Origin: Bacillota bacterium
GTDB lineage: Bacteria > Bacillota > Clostridia > Oscillospirales > Ruminococcaceae
Length of the DNA: 64,000 bases
Assembly (NCBI GenBank): GCA_023413185.1
Contig: JAEZQD010000152.1
Location: 6,368 to 70,367, forward strand
Direction of reading: 5' to 3'
Of the stretch, positions 18,265 through 28,203 are shown in pieces; the stretch's first letter is position 1, and every line of letters starts with the position of its first letter. Made by a program: the position numbers and the translations under genes. Under the pieces are notes generated by a model. That model saw only the letters and a list, made by a program, of their open reading frames with translations, did no database searches and was not told where the DNA came from.

Positions 18265-20049
18265 CTATTTGATAACAATCTCCATCGACAGGTTGCGATA
18301 GCGCTCTTTGATGTCCCTGTCCTCGGTCAAATCCAGAACAGGGAAGCCATCCCGATGAAAATGCACCCTGCGAAAGCCGCTGCTTCTCGGTCCATCCTTT
18401 CCAACCCGCGCGTGGTAGGTGCACCAAGTTGTACCGTTTTCCTCCCGAATAAACGCATTGTGTCCGGTTCCGGTTTCTCCGCTCACAGAAAACGCAGTCA
18501 GCAGCGGAAAATTCCCCTTTGTCCAGCTGCTTGCATCAAGCAAGTCCGCATCCAGATTAACCATAAGGTACCCCACACAGTAGGTGTAGTCAATCAGTGC
18601 GCCCGAAAAGGTCAGCATCAGCTTATCGCCTAAAAAGAGCGGGTAGGGTCCCTCCTCCACAAACACATGGTTGTTTGACCAGCTGTAGTCCGGCTTTGAC
18701 AAAATCACGGGGTCACTGGTTAGCCGCCACGGTTTTTTTATGTCAACCTCGGCAATGTATATCCACGAGCCAAGGTCGTTTGGAACCATGTCGCGCTGCG
18801 CCCATGCCACATAGCTTTTGTCCCGCACCGCAAAATAGGTCATGTCCAGCGTCAGCCCATTGTCGCACAGCACCTCACCGTCACGACGCTGCATCGGTAT
18901 GGGCATCTCCCAGTCGGACTTGTTGCGGATTTCGCCGCCGGGCTTCAACCTCATTGCATGGCAGCGAATCTGTTCAAACCCCTTCGGGCTGCTCGCAAGA
19001 AAGATATAGATATCCTCGCCTACCAGATGAATCTCGGGTGCCCACAAAAACTGCACCATGTGCTTATACATCCTTGTGTTGAGTATCTCATACTCGGCTG
19101 CGGTAGCAAGCTGCTCCATGGTAGCCGCCTTACGCACAGACAGACTGTTGTTTCCGTCCGCGTCATTGGTGGCGATATAATAGTAATATTTCTGCCAAAA
19201 GAACACACACGGGTCGGCGCGGTCAATCGCAAAGGGGAAGTGGTAGGATGGCTGAGCCACCTCACCTGTAATCGTGTAGGTACCCTCTTTGTCCCAGTCT
19301 ACCTCCTGGGTGTTCCACCGTACCGCTCTGGACACCGTGGTGCCGTCATTGTACAGATACTCCGCCTTAACCGTCGCCAGCTCTTGCTGTGAGGAAACCG
19401 CAACGGTTTTAGGCAGATTCAAGCCAGTATTCTCGGGCACGGTAAGACGTTCGAGCAGCTTTTCTCCAAGCTCCGTGGGTATCGCAATCCTGTTTGCCGG
19501 CTGAGCACCCTCAATGGTCGTCTCGATAACCTCGCGTTTGAGCAACTGTGCCGGAACGGGAACAATCTCCGGCTCGAAGATATCTGCAAACACCGCCTGA
19601 TAGGTTTGATTGGTTTCATCACACCACTTCAGAAGGTACTGTTGCTCCTGTGGGAGATATGCACAGGCAGCATAACGAATGCAATGGTCGGATTTTAGGT
19701 CGATTAGTCCGTGCTCGGTGTACTGAAGAAAGTCACGCGTGATGAACAGCAAAAGCTTGCCCAAGCTAAGCTTGTCAGGAGTACCGTCGCATTCGGTGCG
19801 CACAGCTATAATCCCGTATGCTTCCGTGCTCAGCTTAAAAACAAACGGACTGGTCAGGTTCTTGGCGGTCAGCGTGCGGTTTTCGTTTTCCACAGCCTTG
19901 GCGAACAGCACGCCGTAGTTGTGATTAAGCGGCACAAACTCACTGCCTGTTATGCGATAAGCCAGATGCATGCTGTTTGCCAGAGTATGCTCATACATCT
20001 CTGCCGGTTTTCGCGTGTAGGTAAGTAGCTCGAATTGATTTTTTGACAT
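18265..20049 (-). CDS. Glycoside hydrolase family 43 (alpha-L-arabinofuranosidase-like) with Ig-like domain
   Basis: RADP, LWAPEIH, LDMTYF, VEEGP, GTGHNAF motifs. Confidence 0.88.
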   Translation of the reverse strand: MSKNQFELLTYTRKPAEMYEHTLANSMHLAYRITGSEFVPLNHNYGVLFAKAVENENRTLTAKNLTSPFVFKLSTEAYGIIAVRTECDGTPDKLSLGKLLLFITRDFLQYTEHGLIDLKSDHCIRYAACAYLPQEQQYLLKWCDETNQTYQAVFADIFEPEIVPVPAQLLKREVIETTIEGAQPANRIAIPTELGEKLLERLTVPENTGLNLPKTVAVSSQQELATVKAEYLYNDGTTVSRAVRWNTQEVDWDKEGTYTITGEVAQPSYHFPFAIDRADPCVFFWQKYYYYIATNDADGNNSLSVRKAATMEQLATAAEYEILNTRMYKHMVQFLWAPEIHLVGEDIYIFLASSPKGFEQIRCHAMRLKPGGEIRNKSDWEMPIPMQRRDGEVLCDNGLTLDMTYFAVRDKSYVAWAQRDMVPNDLGSWIYIAEVDIKKPWRLTSDPVILSKPDYSWSNNHVFVEEGPYPLFLGDKLMLTFSGALIDYTYCVGYLMVNLDADLLDASSWTKGNFPLLTAFSVSGETGTGHNAFIREENGTTWCTYHARVGKDGPRSSGFRRVHFHRDGFPVLDLTEDRDIKERYRNLSMEIVIK

Positions 20050-20166
20050 AATAATATCCTCACTCTTTGCGGTTAATTCAGTCGGTCATCCTTCCGACTT
20101 GCATCTCGGGTCTATGTGAATCGTCACCGAATTCTTTTGTTTCTGTGCATCCTTTCGTGCAATAAT

Positions 20167-20197
20167 AAAGAGGGTGCTTATGAAAAGCACCCTCTTT
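20167..20197 (-). terminator. Intra-operon stem-loop after the SBP gene
   Basis: AAAGAGGGTGCTT-5 nt-AAGCACCCTCTTT between the SBP and GH43 genes. Confidence 0.55.
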
Positions 20198-20273
20198 GCA
20201 GTAGCCAAGGCAAATGCCTTTAGTCCCCAAAAGCCATTCTTGAATTTTTAAAACTCGGTCAAGGCGAAGGAAC

Positions 20274-22019
20274 TTAGCCGGCCAGTGCCTTTGCTCTTTC
20301 GTCAACAAGTGCTTTGAGCTTTTCTCTGTCGAACTGATTCAGGGTAGCCCAGTCAAAACCGGCAAGCGATGTCTTAAGGTCACTCCAGATCTTGTCAAAC
20401 TCTGCCTGGTCCTTAGCGAATACCATCTTCCACGAAGCGTCGCAAACAAGCGGACCGCAGTTGCTTCTGATAAGCGCGATATCCGTGGTGTCGGGAGTAA
20501 GGTTAACGTTTACAAACGGAACAACGCTAATGGTTTTGGACTTGGTGAGGTAATCCACTGGGTTTTCGGCATTGAAGCGCTCACCCCACTGCTTGGTTGT
20601 GGTGGTTTTTGCCTTCTCGACCTCTGCGGGCCAGTACTGGTTACCAAAAGGTGTGTTGTTCTTGGGGTTGATGCCAACACTCGCAACCATCCACTGGTTA
20701 ACCTGAAGCATACCGTCTGCATAGAGACCGCCGCCGAACTCCTCGGGTACGGGGGAATTGTCCATTAGAGCGGTTTCACCCGCCTTGGTACGCACATAAC
20801 CGTTCCCGTCGGGTGCATCCTCATAGATAAAGCCGTAGATGCCGCCGTGAATGGTTTCCAGTCCATCAGGGCTGGACATCCAATCCATAAGCTCGATAAC
20901 CCTTTGCTTCTTTACGGGATCATCCGTACCGCAGGCAAACGCTCTTCCGCTGCCAAAGTACGGGTCGGAAGGCTGATAGATCGACATATCCTTGATAGGT
21001 GCGAGGATAAAGTTCTCACCGTTGTTGCCACGCTCGGTTGTATTCCAGAAGCCCTGCTGCCAGTCGTTCCAGATAAGGAATACGCGCTTGGAGCTGAATT
21101 TCGGCCAAACAGCATCCCAGTTCTGCGTACCGGAATCGGGGTCGATAACGCCGGCCTGATTGGCTTCAAAGTAGAACTGAAGGATCTTTTTGTATGCGCC
21201 GTTATCGTCGGTCAGATCCATCATGCTTCCGTCAGTACCGAGTAGGATGGAGCTGTTGCCGTTAACGATTTCCTGCCCATACCACTTGGTAAGCTGGTTA
21301 ACGTTCTCCATGGAGGTTCCGTCCCAGTCAGGCCACAGGGTGATGCCATAGCTGGGGTCTCCGGCTTCATTGGTGGGATACTTATCCTGAATTTGGCGAA
21401 GCACCGATACAAGACCGGAAAGGTTCTCAATATCGGGAGCGCCAATCTCATTGTAGTAATCCCATAGGATTGTGGGTGCCACACCCGGGATAATGGGAGA
21501 GAACGAGGTGGGGCTTGTATTTGCCATTTCGGTAGGCCATGCGTAGTATTGACCCTCGCTTACGCCCTCAAGAGAGGAGTTGTAATAATCAAGCTGAGGC
21601 TTGTATTCCTCAAATGATTCAAACTTCTTCATACCATCGGTGATATCCACTACGAGCCCGGATTTAATGCCAGACTGAATATCCGCATTATCCAATACAA
21701 GTAAATCGCCCAAGAATCCAGACGCAGAACGGGCGGCAAAGATGTCGGCGCCCGCAACCTGGGGAGCTATGATGTTAAGCGTGACGTTCAGCTCATCCTT
21801 TAGAACCTTCGCCATCCATCCAATCTGCTCGCCCTGAAAGTTTGCCGGCTGAGAATACACCTCAAGAACCACATGTTCGTCTGTGGTAGCAGGCGGAGCA
21901 GTTGTGCCCTCATCCACGCTGCTGGTAGGTTGTGGTGCAGATGTAGCGCACGCAGTAAGTAACATAGAAACAGCGAACACGCAAGCAAGCGCTAATGCGA
22001 TTTGCCTTTTGACTGTCAT
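20274..22019 (-). CDS. Carbohydrate ABC transporter substrate-binding lipoprotein
   Basis: Lipobox LTAC, ANFQGEQIGW, about 580 aa, follows two permeases; RBS AGGAGG. Confidence 0.88.
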   Translation of the reverse strand: MTVKRQIALALACVFAVSMLLTACATSAPQPTSSVDEGTTAPPATTDEHVVLEVYSQPANFQGEQIGWMAKVLKDELNVTLNIIAPQVAGADIFAARSASGFLGDLLVLDNADIQSGIKSGLVVDITDGMKKFESFEEYKPQLDYYNSSLEGVSEGQYYAWPTEMANTSPTSFSPIIPGVAPTILWDYYNEIGAPDIENLSGLVSVLRQIQDKYPTNEAGDPSYGITLWPDWDGTSMENVNQLTKWYGQEIVNGNSSILLGTDGSMMDLTDDNGAYKKILQFYFEANQAGVIDPDSGTQNWDAVWPKFSSKRVFLIWNDWQQGFWNTTERGNNGENFILAPIKDMSIYQPSDPYFGSGRAFACGTDDPVKKQRVIELMDWMSSPDGLETIHGGIYGFIYEDAPDGNGYVRTKAGETALMDNSPVPEEFGGGLYADGMLQVNQWMVASVGINPKNNTPFGNQYWPAEVEKAKTTTTKQWGERFNAENPVDYLTKSKTISVVPFVNVNLTPDTTDIALIRSNCGPLVCDASWKMVFAKDQAEFDKIWSDLKTSLAGFDWATLNQFDREKLKALVDERAKALAG

Positions 22020-22114
22020 CTTATCTTCCTCCTTAATCAATTTGCAGACTCGTCTATGCTGAATCCCCAAAGGGATGTCAACCGAAAACTACCGAGTAAG
22101 CGCTCAGACCATCG

Positions 22115-23053
22115 TTATCCCTTTACAGCGCCTATCATAATGCCTTTAACGAAGAACTTTTGGAACATGGGATAAACCAGCAAAATAGGCAGCGCAACAA
22201 GGATGGTTACTGTCATTCGAATAGAGGTTTGCGTCTGTGCGTTTGACATCATTGCCTGCGCGCTTCCTGATGTTGCGTTGATAATTGCCTTTAAGGACTG
22301 CGAGGACTGCAGATATCGGTACAGAACAAACTGCAGCGTGTAAAACTTCTCCTGTGTCATGAGCAGCAGCGTGTCCTGAAACGCGTTCCACTGCGTAACT
22401 GCTGAGAATATCGCAATGGTTGCCAAAATGGGCTTTGCTATCGGCAGCATTATTTTAAAGAAGATGGTTAACACCCTTGCACCATCGCATTCCGCTGCCT
22501 CCTGCAGCTCCTTAGGCGTGGATTCCAAATATGTTTTGGTCAATATGATGTAGAACGGGGAGACCACGGTAGGTAGAATGTAACCCCAGAAGTTGTTGGT
22601 AAGCCCAAGGTTCATCATGGTTAAGTACCAGGGGATAATGCCTGCGTTAAAATACATCGTGATTACCACAAAGCGATACCAGAACTTGCGTTTCCAAACC
22701 GTTTCGCGCGTGAACATGTACCCCATAAACGCCGCACACAATACGGTAAGCACGGTGCCGATAACCGTTCTGGAAACGGATATGTATGTCGCCTGAACAA
22801 GACCGGGTATCTTAAACGCGTCGATATAGTTAGTCAGATGCAGCCCTTGAGGCAGCCAATTGATAGCACCCTTTTCACTTAATTTGTTGTCGCTGATTGT
22901 GTTGATAAAGATATAGTAAAAAGGGTATACACAGATAAAGGAAAACAGCGAAAACACCAGGTAAATGAAGATGTCTAAAAAAAAGTCGCTGACCGATCGG
23001 TTTTTTATCTTGTTGCGTCTTGCACGCAAGACAGTCTCTCTTAAACTAGTCAT
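22115..23053 (-). CDS. Carbohydrate ABC transporter permease
   Basis: ELQEAAECDGA EAA loop, C-terminal QKFFVKGIMIGAVKG. Confidence 0.93.
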   Translation of the reverse strand: MTSLRETVLRARRNKIKNRSVSDFFLDIFIYLVFSLFSFICVYPFYYIFINTISDNKLSEKGAINWLPQGLHLTNYIDAFKIPGLVQATYISVSRTVIGTVLTVLCAAFMGYMFTRETVWKRKFWYRFVVITMYFNAGIIPWYLTMMNLGLTNNFWGYILPTVVSPFYIILTKTYLESTPKELQEAAECDGARVLTIFFKIMLPIAKPILATIAIFSAVTQWNAFQDTLLLMTQEKFYTLQFVLYRYLQSSQSLKAIINATSGSAQAMMSNAQTQTSIRMTVTILVALPILLVYPMFQKFFVKGIMIGAVKG

Positions 23054-23063
23054 CGCAGCCTCC

Positions 23064-23984
23064 TTATATAATGCTTTGCTTACGTATCAGCTTAGAGAAC
23101 GAGTTTGCACCGAACAACAGTACAAGGCTTACAATACTCTTTAACATGCTAAGTGCCGTGGATACAGAGTAAACGGGCGGCTTGCTGGTTGAAAGATTGT
23201 ATACATACAAATCAAGCACCTGAATGAACTCTCTGTTCCAGGAGTTCTGGAATACGTAATACTGTTCCATTCCGTTATTGAGAAAATTAGAAATGTTAAG
23301 AAGCAGCAGAACGAAAAAGGTTGGCATCAATCCCGGCAAGGTGATGTGCCAGATGCACTTTAACCGCGTAGCGCCATCGATTCGTGCCGCCTCGTACAGG
23401 ATTTCATCAATACCTGCGATTGCCGCTATGTACATAATTGCCGCCCAGCCAAGGTTTTTCCACGTGAGCCACAACCACATCTTCAGCCACATATTGCTGC
23501 TGGATTTCATGAAATCAATGGGCGCGGAGATCACCCCAAAATCCTGCAGCACATTGTTAAACATGCCGGTATTACTCATTAAAAGAAACGCCACCGAGTA
23601 AACCAAAACCCAGCTGATAAAGTTTGGAATTGTGGTAACTGTCTGTACAAACTTCTTAAAGCGAACCGCCTTTATCTCATTGAGGAGTATGGCGAACACC
23701 ATAGGCAACCACGAAAAGGCAAGCGCGATGCCGCTCATTGCAAAGGTGTTTCGCAATACTTCGAGCGTTTGCTTGATATAAGACCTGTTCTGGAACAGTA
23801 CCTTAAACCACTTAAGCCCAACGAACGAATCCCATGAAAATGGCAAAGGAGGCTGGTAATCATAAAACGAGTAGATCCATCCGTATAATGGGTAGTACGC
23901 AAAAACCACTACGAGAAGTATAAACGGTGTCAAAAGCAAAAATTCCTTGTACGAGCGCACCTTCCTGCTATCCAGTTTCTTCAT
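23064..23984 (-). CDS. Carbohydrate ABC transporter permease (LplB-like)
   Basis: FVGLKWF, PNFISWV, LYEAARIDGA. Confidence 0.92.
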   Translation of the reverse strand: MKKLDSRKVRSYKEFLLLTPFILLVVVFAYYPLYGWIYSFYDYQPPLPFSWDSFVGLKWFKVLFQNRSYIKQTLEVLRNTFAMSGIALAFSWLPMVFAILLNEIKAVRFKKFVQTVTTIPNFISWVLVYSVAFLLMSNTGMFNNVLQDFGVISAPIDFMKSSSNMWLKMWLWLTWKNLGWAAIMYIAAIAGIDEILYEAARIDGATRLKCIWHITLPGLMPTFFVLLLLNISNFLNNGMEQYYVFQNSWNREFIQVLDLYVYNLSTSKPPVYSVSTALSMLKSIVSLVLLFGANSFSKLIRKQSII

Positions 23985-24340
23985 GTTTCCCCCTTCTTGC
24001 GCGCTCGGCTTATAACCTCCCTTATGCGTGACTAAACTCAAAGTATTCCGAAAAGGGAGCTTTACGCCTTTGCATGCAAACCATTGTGATTTTGTATATA
24101 AATTATATTGAATACTATAAATTATTATGCTACATGAATATATTAACTGCATTTTGCTATGATTACAATGACTTATAATTCTCTAGTTATGAACTATAAT
24201 AGCATTATTGTGATGTATATTACGATCGATGACAATAATATGTATTATTCTTCCATCCGGCTATTTTTGTGCATCTCATACGAAGTGAAAAAGTAAATTG
24301 AAGGCATCATAGTGCAATTTGTGCACCTGAATAGGGGTGC

Positions 24341-24387
24341 AAAAAAGGCAAGGGGATTTGTTGCTAATCCTTCTTGCCTTTTGTTTT
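24341..24387. terminator. Terminator after the AraC gene
   Basis: AAAAGGCAAGGGGATT...AATCCTTCTTGCCTTTT hairpin flanked by A/T tracts. Confidence 0.6.
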
Positions 24388-24418
24388 ATTAACTACTGGT
24401 AATCATGAGATACCCATG

Positions 24419-25192
24419 CTAGCGAATAGACAACACACTCTTTCTATACTGGTTTGGCGTTAAGCCGGTAAGCTTCTTAAACTGCCTGAAAAAATGCTCC
24501 GCGCTGCTGTACCCGCACAGGGGAATGATCTCGGTTACGGAGTGGTTGCTGTTTTTGAGATACCGCTTTGCCAGTGCAATCCGTGAAGCAATGACATCCT
24601 CCATACAGGTGGAATCAAAGGTCTGCTTGTAGGTGTTTTCCAGATGACTGATTGAAAGATTGAGCTTCCTCGACATAAGCTGTAAGGTCCAGTCAATCTC
24701 CGGGTGCTTTATAATCTCCTCCTTTAAATCATACACGCTTTTGCACATGCTGTTCTCGGGAGAAAAGCTAAAGAGGCAGGATAATTTAGTAAAGATTGCC
24801 TGCATCAGTTTGTCCATTATTATATCTTTTCGCTCATTGGCAGAGCTGAACTCTGACGTAATTAGCTGAAAGATCCTGTGATAGTACCATCCATCCCCAA
24901 CATAAACCGGCTCGGCAATCGGTATTTTTGCATTGTAATAGCAATCATCATCGGTGACAAAGCGCACATAATCGTTGGAGTATCGCTCTTCACATGCTTG
25001 GTAGATATATGCTTGATAAGGGCGAAACAGCATGATACTGTTCTCTGAGTATTTTTCAAAAGTCCCGTCGACATTCAGTCTAAAAGGGGTGTGCACCAAG
25101 ACGATTAACCAAAAGGGATCTCTTCCATGCGAATCAAATTCAAAATCGCTTTTGTGTACCGCATCAAACTCTGCCGTTAGAACCTTAAACAT
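24419..25192 (-). CDS. AraC-family regulator, probably of the sugar operon
   Basis: CGYSSAEHFFRQFKKLTGLTPNQYR; upstream of the ABC/GH operon. Confidence 0.9.
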   Translation of the reverse strand: MFKVLTAEFDAVHKSDFEFDSHGRDPFWLIVLVHTPFRLNVDGTFEKYSENSIMLFRPYQAYIYQACEERYSNDYVRFVTDDDCYYNAKIPIAEPVYVGDGWYYHRIFQLITSEFSSANERKDIIMDKLMQAIFTKLSCLFSFSPENSMCKSVYDLKEEIIKHPEIDWTLQLMSRKLNLSISHLENTYKQTFDSTCMEDVIASRIALAKRYLKNSNHSVTEIIPLCGYSSAEHFFRQFKKLTGLTPNQYRKSVLSIR

Positions 25193-25600
25193 ATTACACC
25201 CCCTAATTAACACAACCTCGATTACCTCTTTTTATTGGATAGGCTTTCTTTTTCAGAACATTTCCTATCTCCATTATATGCCTTGTCCTAGAACCTTGTC
25301 AATATAACCAGATTATTTGCGCAAGTATGAATTTGAATTGTTGGTTTTGATGAGTACATGGCGACGCTGCAAGCAGAAACCTTATAGTACTTTATGTATT
25401 GTACGCTAGATATCATTTAATAATTAACAATCTCGCAAAAAAGGGGTGCAAATACAAGCTGATGGGCTGTGTCGCCCCCGTTTGCATGAATTTGCATCTT
25501 AATCTCGAATGTCTTATAATGTAGGCAAAGGCAAATAGATTAAAGTCGATGAGCAATAGTGCCTTACAGCCGCCGGCAATGAACTTAGGAGGAAGATAAA

Positions 25601-25720
25601 TTGGACATGAACTCGATGTGGAACAACCGCAACAAACAGCCGATATGGAAGATTATTCTGATGACAATCGCCGTCCTTGTGGGCATGATTTTGCTGGGGT
25701 ACTTCTTTGGCGGGCAGTAA
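25601..25720 (+). CDS. Small single-TM membrane protein (39 aa), not in the ORF track
   Basis: AGGAGG 8 nt before TTG 25601 (in-frame ATG 25607); ..NKQPIWKIILMTIAVLVGMILLGYFFGGQ-stop. Confidence 0.6.
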   Translation: MDMNSMWNNRNKQPIWKIILMTIAVLVGMILLGYFFGGQ

Positions 25721-25788
25721 AATGCTGTAAACAACCAACGAAGTAAGTATATACTGTACATGAAAGTGAAAGAAAGAAGCGATTTGCA

Positions 25789-26601
25789 ATGAAAAAGATT
25801 CGTCTCTTTGGCGTTATAATAACCGCATATCTCCTATTAACCGCATGCAGCTATGGTCTTGATAACCCAAGCGATTCCTCCCCTGAAACCACTTCTAGCG
25901 CGCAAACGCAGTCTGCGGTGCAATCAAGTAGCGCTTCCAACGAAGCGACACCGCAGTCTGTTGCCGATTCATCGCAGCAGGATACAAAGGATGAGGAGGA
26001 AGTGCCATTGCCCGCCGACAAGAGCGATTGGAAGCTTATCTTGGTCAACCGAAAATCCCCACTGCCCAAAGGCTTTACCGTCGAGCTGGAAGAAACCATC
26101 GGCACGTATAAGTTTGACGTTCGCGCGGCGGATGACCTGCGCGCTTTTATGAAGGCTGCAAAGGCGGATGGCATTGCGCTTTCGGTGATATCCACCTTTC
26201 GCAAGCAATCCACACAGGAACGGCTGTACGCCGAAAAGGTAGCGGAGTATGTGAATGCGGGCTACTCCAATGATGACGCAAGGAACGAGGCGGCGCGCTG
26301 GGTTGCCGTGCCGGGTACAAGCGAGCATCAATCTGGGCTTGCCGTAGATGTCGTATCCGCCGATTGGTACAGCAAGAATGACGATCTGTATGATACGTTT
26401 GAAAACACCAAAGAGTTTGCATGGCTTATTGAACACTGCGTGGAGTACGGCTTTATTCTGCGCTTTGCAAAGGATAAACAGGAGATTACCGGCATTACCT
26501 ACGAGCCGTGGCACTATCGCTATGTGGGGGTAGAGCATGCCCGCTATATGACGGAGCACAACCTGTGCCTTGAGGAGTATGTCGAGCTATTAAACAGTTG
26601 A
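25789..26601 (+). CDS. M15B D,D/L,D-carboxypeptidase (VanY/LdcB-like) lipoprotein
   Basis: Lipobox LTAC; PGTSEHQSGLAVD and YEPWHYRYVG zinc motifs. Confidence 0.9.
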   Translation: MKKIRLFGVIITAYLLLTACSYGLDNPSDSSPETTSSAQTQSAVQSSSASNEATPQSVADSSQQDTKDEEEVPLPADKSDWKLILVNRKSPLPKGFTVELEETIGTYKFDVRAADDLRAFMKAAKADGIALSVISTFRKQSTQERLYAEKVAEYVNAGYSNDDARNEAARWVAVPGTSEHQSGLAVDVVSADWYSKNDDLYDTFENTKEFAWLIEHCVEYGFILRFAKDKQEITGITYEPWHYRYVGVEHARYMTEHNLCLEEYVELLNS

Positions 26602-26683
26602 TATTTTTGCAAAACGGTATATAATAATGCCATTGGTCTATTTCGCCGTCTCTTTGGTAAACGAGAAAGGAAAAAATGCATAG

Positions 26684-27304
26684 ATGAACATACTAATCAT
26701 CGGGTGCCGTAAGGTTGGCGCCCGTCTTGCCAGCATCTTGTCGGAGGAAGGGCACACCGTCTCAGTTGTCGATCGCGACCCGCGCAGCTTTGAGGCGCTC
26801 AATGATACGTTTGACGGCTACACCGTATCGGGCATCCCCATTGATGAAGATGTGCTGCGCAGCGCGGGCATCGAGTCCTGCGACGCGGTAGCGGCGGTAA
26901 CGTCGGATGATAACGTAAACATTATGGCGTGCCAGATTGCAAAAGAGATGTTCCATGTGCCCAGGGTCATTACAAGAATGTACGACCCCGAGCGAGAAGA
27001 ACTGTTTGCCGATTTTGGCATCACCACCGTCTGCCCCACAAACCTGACCGTTAACGCGGTAAAATCGGCGCTGATGGAAGGGGCGGAAATCCGCCAACAA
27101 TCAATTGGGTGTTCTACGTTAAACTACACCACGCTACCCCTTCCCAAGGCGTTTGTGGGTAAGGCGTTGCGCGAAATTGAGTCGGGAGCCGACGAAATGC
27201 TGTTTGGCGTACTGCACGATAATATGGCGCTTACCCTTGCCAGCAACACCGCCTACAACCTAATTGAGACCGACAAGCTGGTGTATGTCTCCAAGGCGGA
27301 TTAA
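26684..27304 (+). CDS. TrkA/KtrA-family potassium uptake regulatory subunit
   Basis: IIGCRKVG Rossmann motif, AGIESCDAVAAVTSDDNVN. Confidence 0.88.
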   Translation: MNILIIGCRKVGARLASILSEEGHTVSVVDRDPRSFEALNDTFDGYTVSGIPIDEDVLRSAGIESCDAVAAVTSDDNVNIMACQIAKEMFHVPRVITRMYDPEREELFADFGITTVCPTNLTVNAVKSALMEGAEIRQQSIGCSTLNYTTLPLPKAFVGKALREIESGADEMLFGVLHDNMALTLASNTAYNLIETDKLVYVSKAD

Positions 27305-27355
27305 CTCAAAACAAGAATATAAGTTGTATCATATACGAAAGGCAAGGTCATAGCA

Positions 27356-28018
27356 ATGACTGTAATCGTAGTTGGCGGCGGCAAGGTAGGGTATTACCTT
27401 GCAAAAACGCTGCTGGAACACGGACACGAACCGAAGATTATCGAGCTTGACCGCGAGCTGTGCCATCGCATGGCAAACGATCTGGATGTTACCGTAATCT
27501 GCGGCGACGGCACCACCATCCACGCGTTGGAGGAGGCGGGTGCGCACGAAGCGGAGGCGCTCATCGGCGTGACAGGTCAGGACGAAAACAACCTGGTGGC
27601 ATGCCAGATTGCGAAGCGTTCCTTTGGAATAAAGCGTACCGTAGCCCGCGTAAACAACCCCAAGAATGTAAAGGTGATGAAGGCGTTGGGCGTGGATATT
27701 CCCATCAGCAGCACCGATAATATCGCGCGTCTGCTTGAGCGCGAGGTGGACGCCTCCGCAATCAAGCAGCTGATGTCCCTTAACCGCGGCGAAACATCGC
27801 TTTCTGAGATTGACCTGCCGCCCGATTTTAAGCACAGCGGCAAAAGACTGGCGGAGCTGAAGATGCCGGAGGAATCGGTTATCGTATCCATCTCCCGCGG
27901 CGATCAGATTATCATCCCGCGCGGAAACACCACGCTGTATGCGGGCGATAAGGTGATTATCATCTGCAAAAACAGCGTGCTGCACACCCTTTGCCGTCAC
28001 TTTGGTCTTGACAAATAG
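27356..28018 (+). CDS. TrkA-family potassium uptake regulatory subunit (RCK_N + RCK_C)
   Basis: GGGKVG, GDGT, VTGQDENN, IIPRGNTTLYAGD. Confidence 0.92.
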   Translation: MTVIVVGGGKVGYYLAKTLLEHGHEPKIIELDRELCHRMANDLDVTVICGDGTTIHALEEAGAHEAEALIGVTGQDENNLVACQIAKRSFGIKRTVARVNNPKNVKVMKALGVDIPISSTDNIARLLEREVDASAIKQLMSLNRGETSLSEIDLPPDFKHSGKRLAELKMPEESVIVSISRGDQIIIPRGNTTLYAGDKVIIICKNSVLHTLCRHFGLDK

Positions 28019-28036
28019 CCAGGTTTGCGAGATAAT
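28008..28036 (+). promoter_or_regulatory. Sigma-A promoter of tRNA-Gly
   Basis: TTGACA(28008)-17 nt-GATAAT(28031). Confidence 0.65.
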
Positions 28037-28075
28037 ATTTGATGCAAACAACCGCGGCAAGTGCCGCGGAACCGT

Positions 28076-28149
28076 GCAGATGTAGTTTAATGGCAAAACA
28101 TCAGCTTCCCAAGCTGAGGTTACGGGTTCGATTCCCGTTATCTGCTCCA
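28076..28149 (+). tRNA. tRNA-Gly(CCC); probable prophage integration site
   Basis: Acceptor GCAGATG/TATCTGC, anticodon arm TCAGC-TTCCCAA-GCTGA, GGTTCGATTCC T-loop, encoded CCA. Confidence 0.96.
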
Positions 28150-28163
28150 CAAAAAACCGCATG

Positions 28164-28202
28164 AATAAGCCATCCGTCGTAATGACTGGATGGCTTATTT
28201 TG
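28164..28202. terminator. Terminator between tRNA and integrase
   Basis: AATAAGCCATCC-gtcgtaatgact-GGATGGCTTATT-TT. Confidence 0.7.
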
Positions 28203-28203
28203 C

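Noticed and set aside
25789..26601. Vancomycin-resistance gene vanY
   Set aside because: No vanHAX or vanRS nearby; stand-alone M15B lipoproteins are ordinary wall-remodelling enzymes
27329..28162. 277-aa minus-strand ORF, and similar long antisense ORFs at 206-901, 6629-7435, 16405-17223 and 49129-49944
   Set aside because: Shadow frames of well-supported genes; this one also crosses the tRNA; no motifs or RBS
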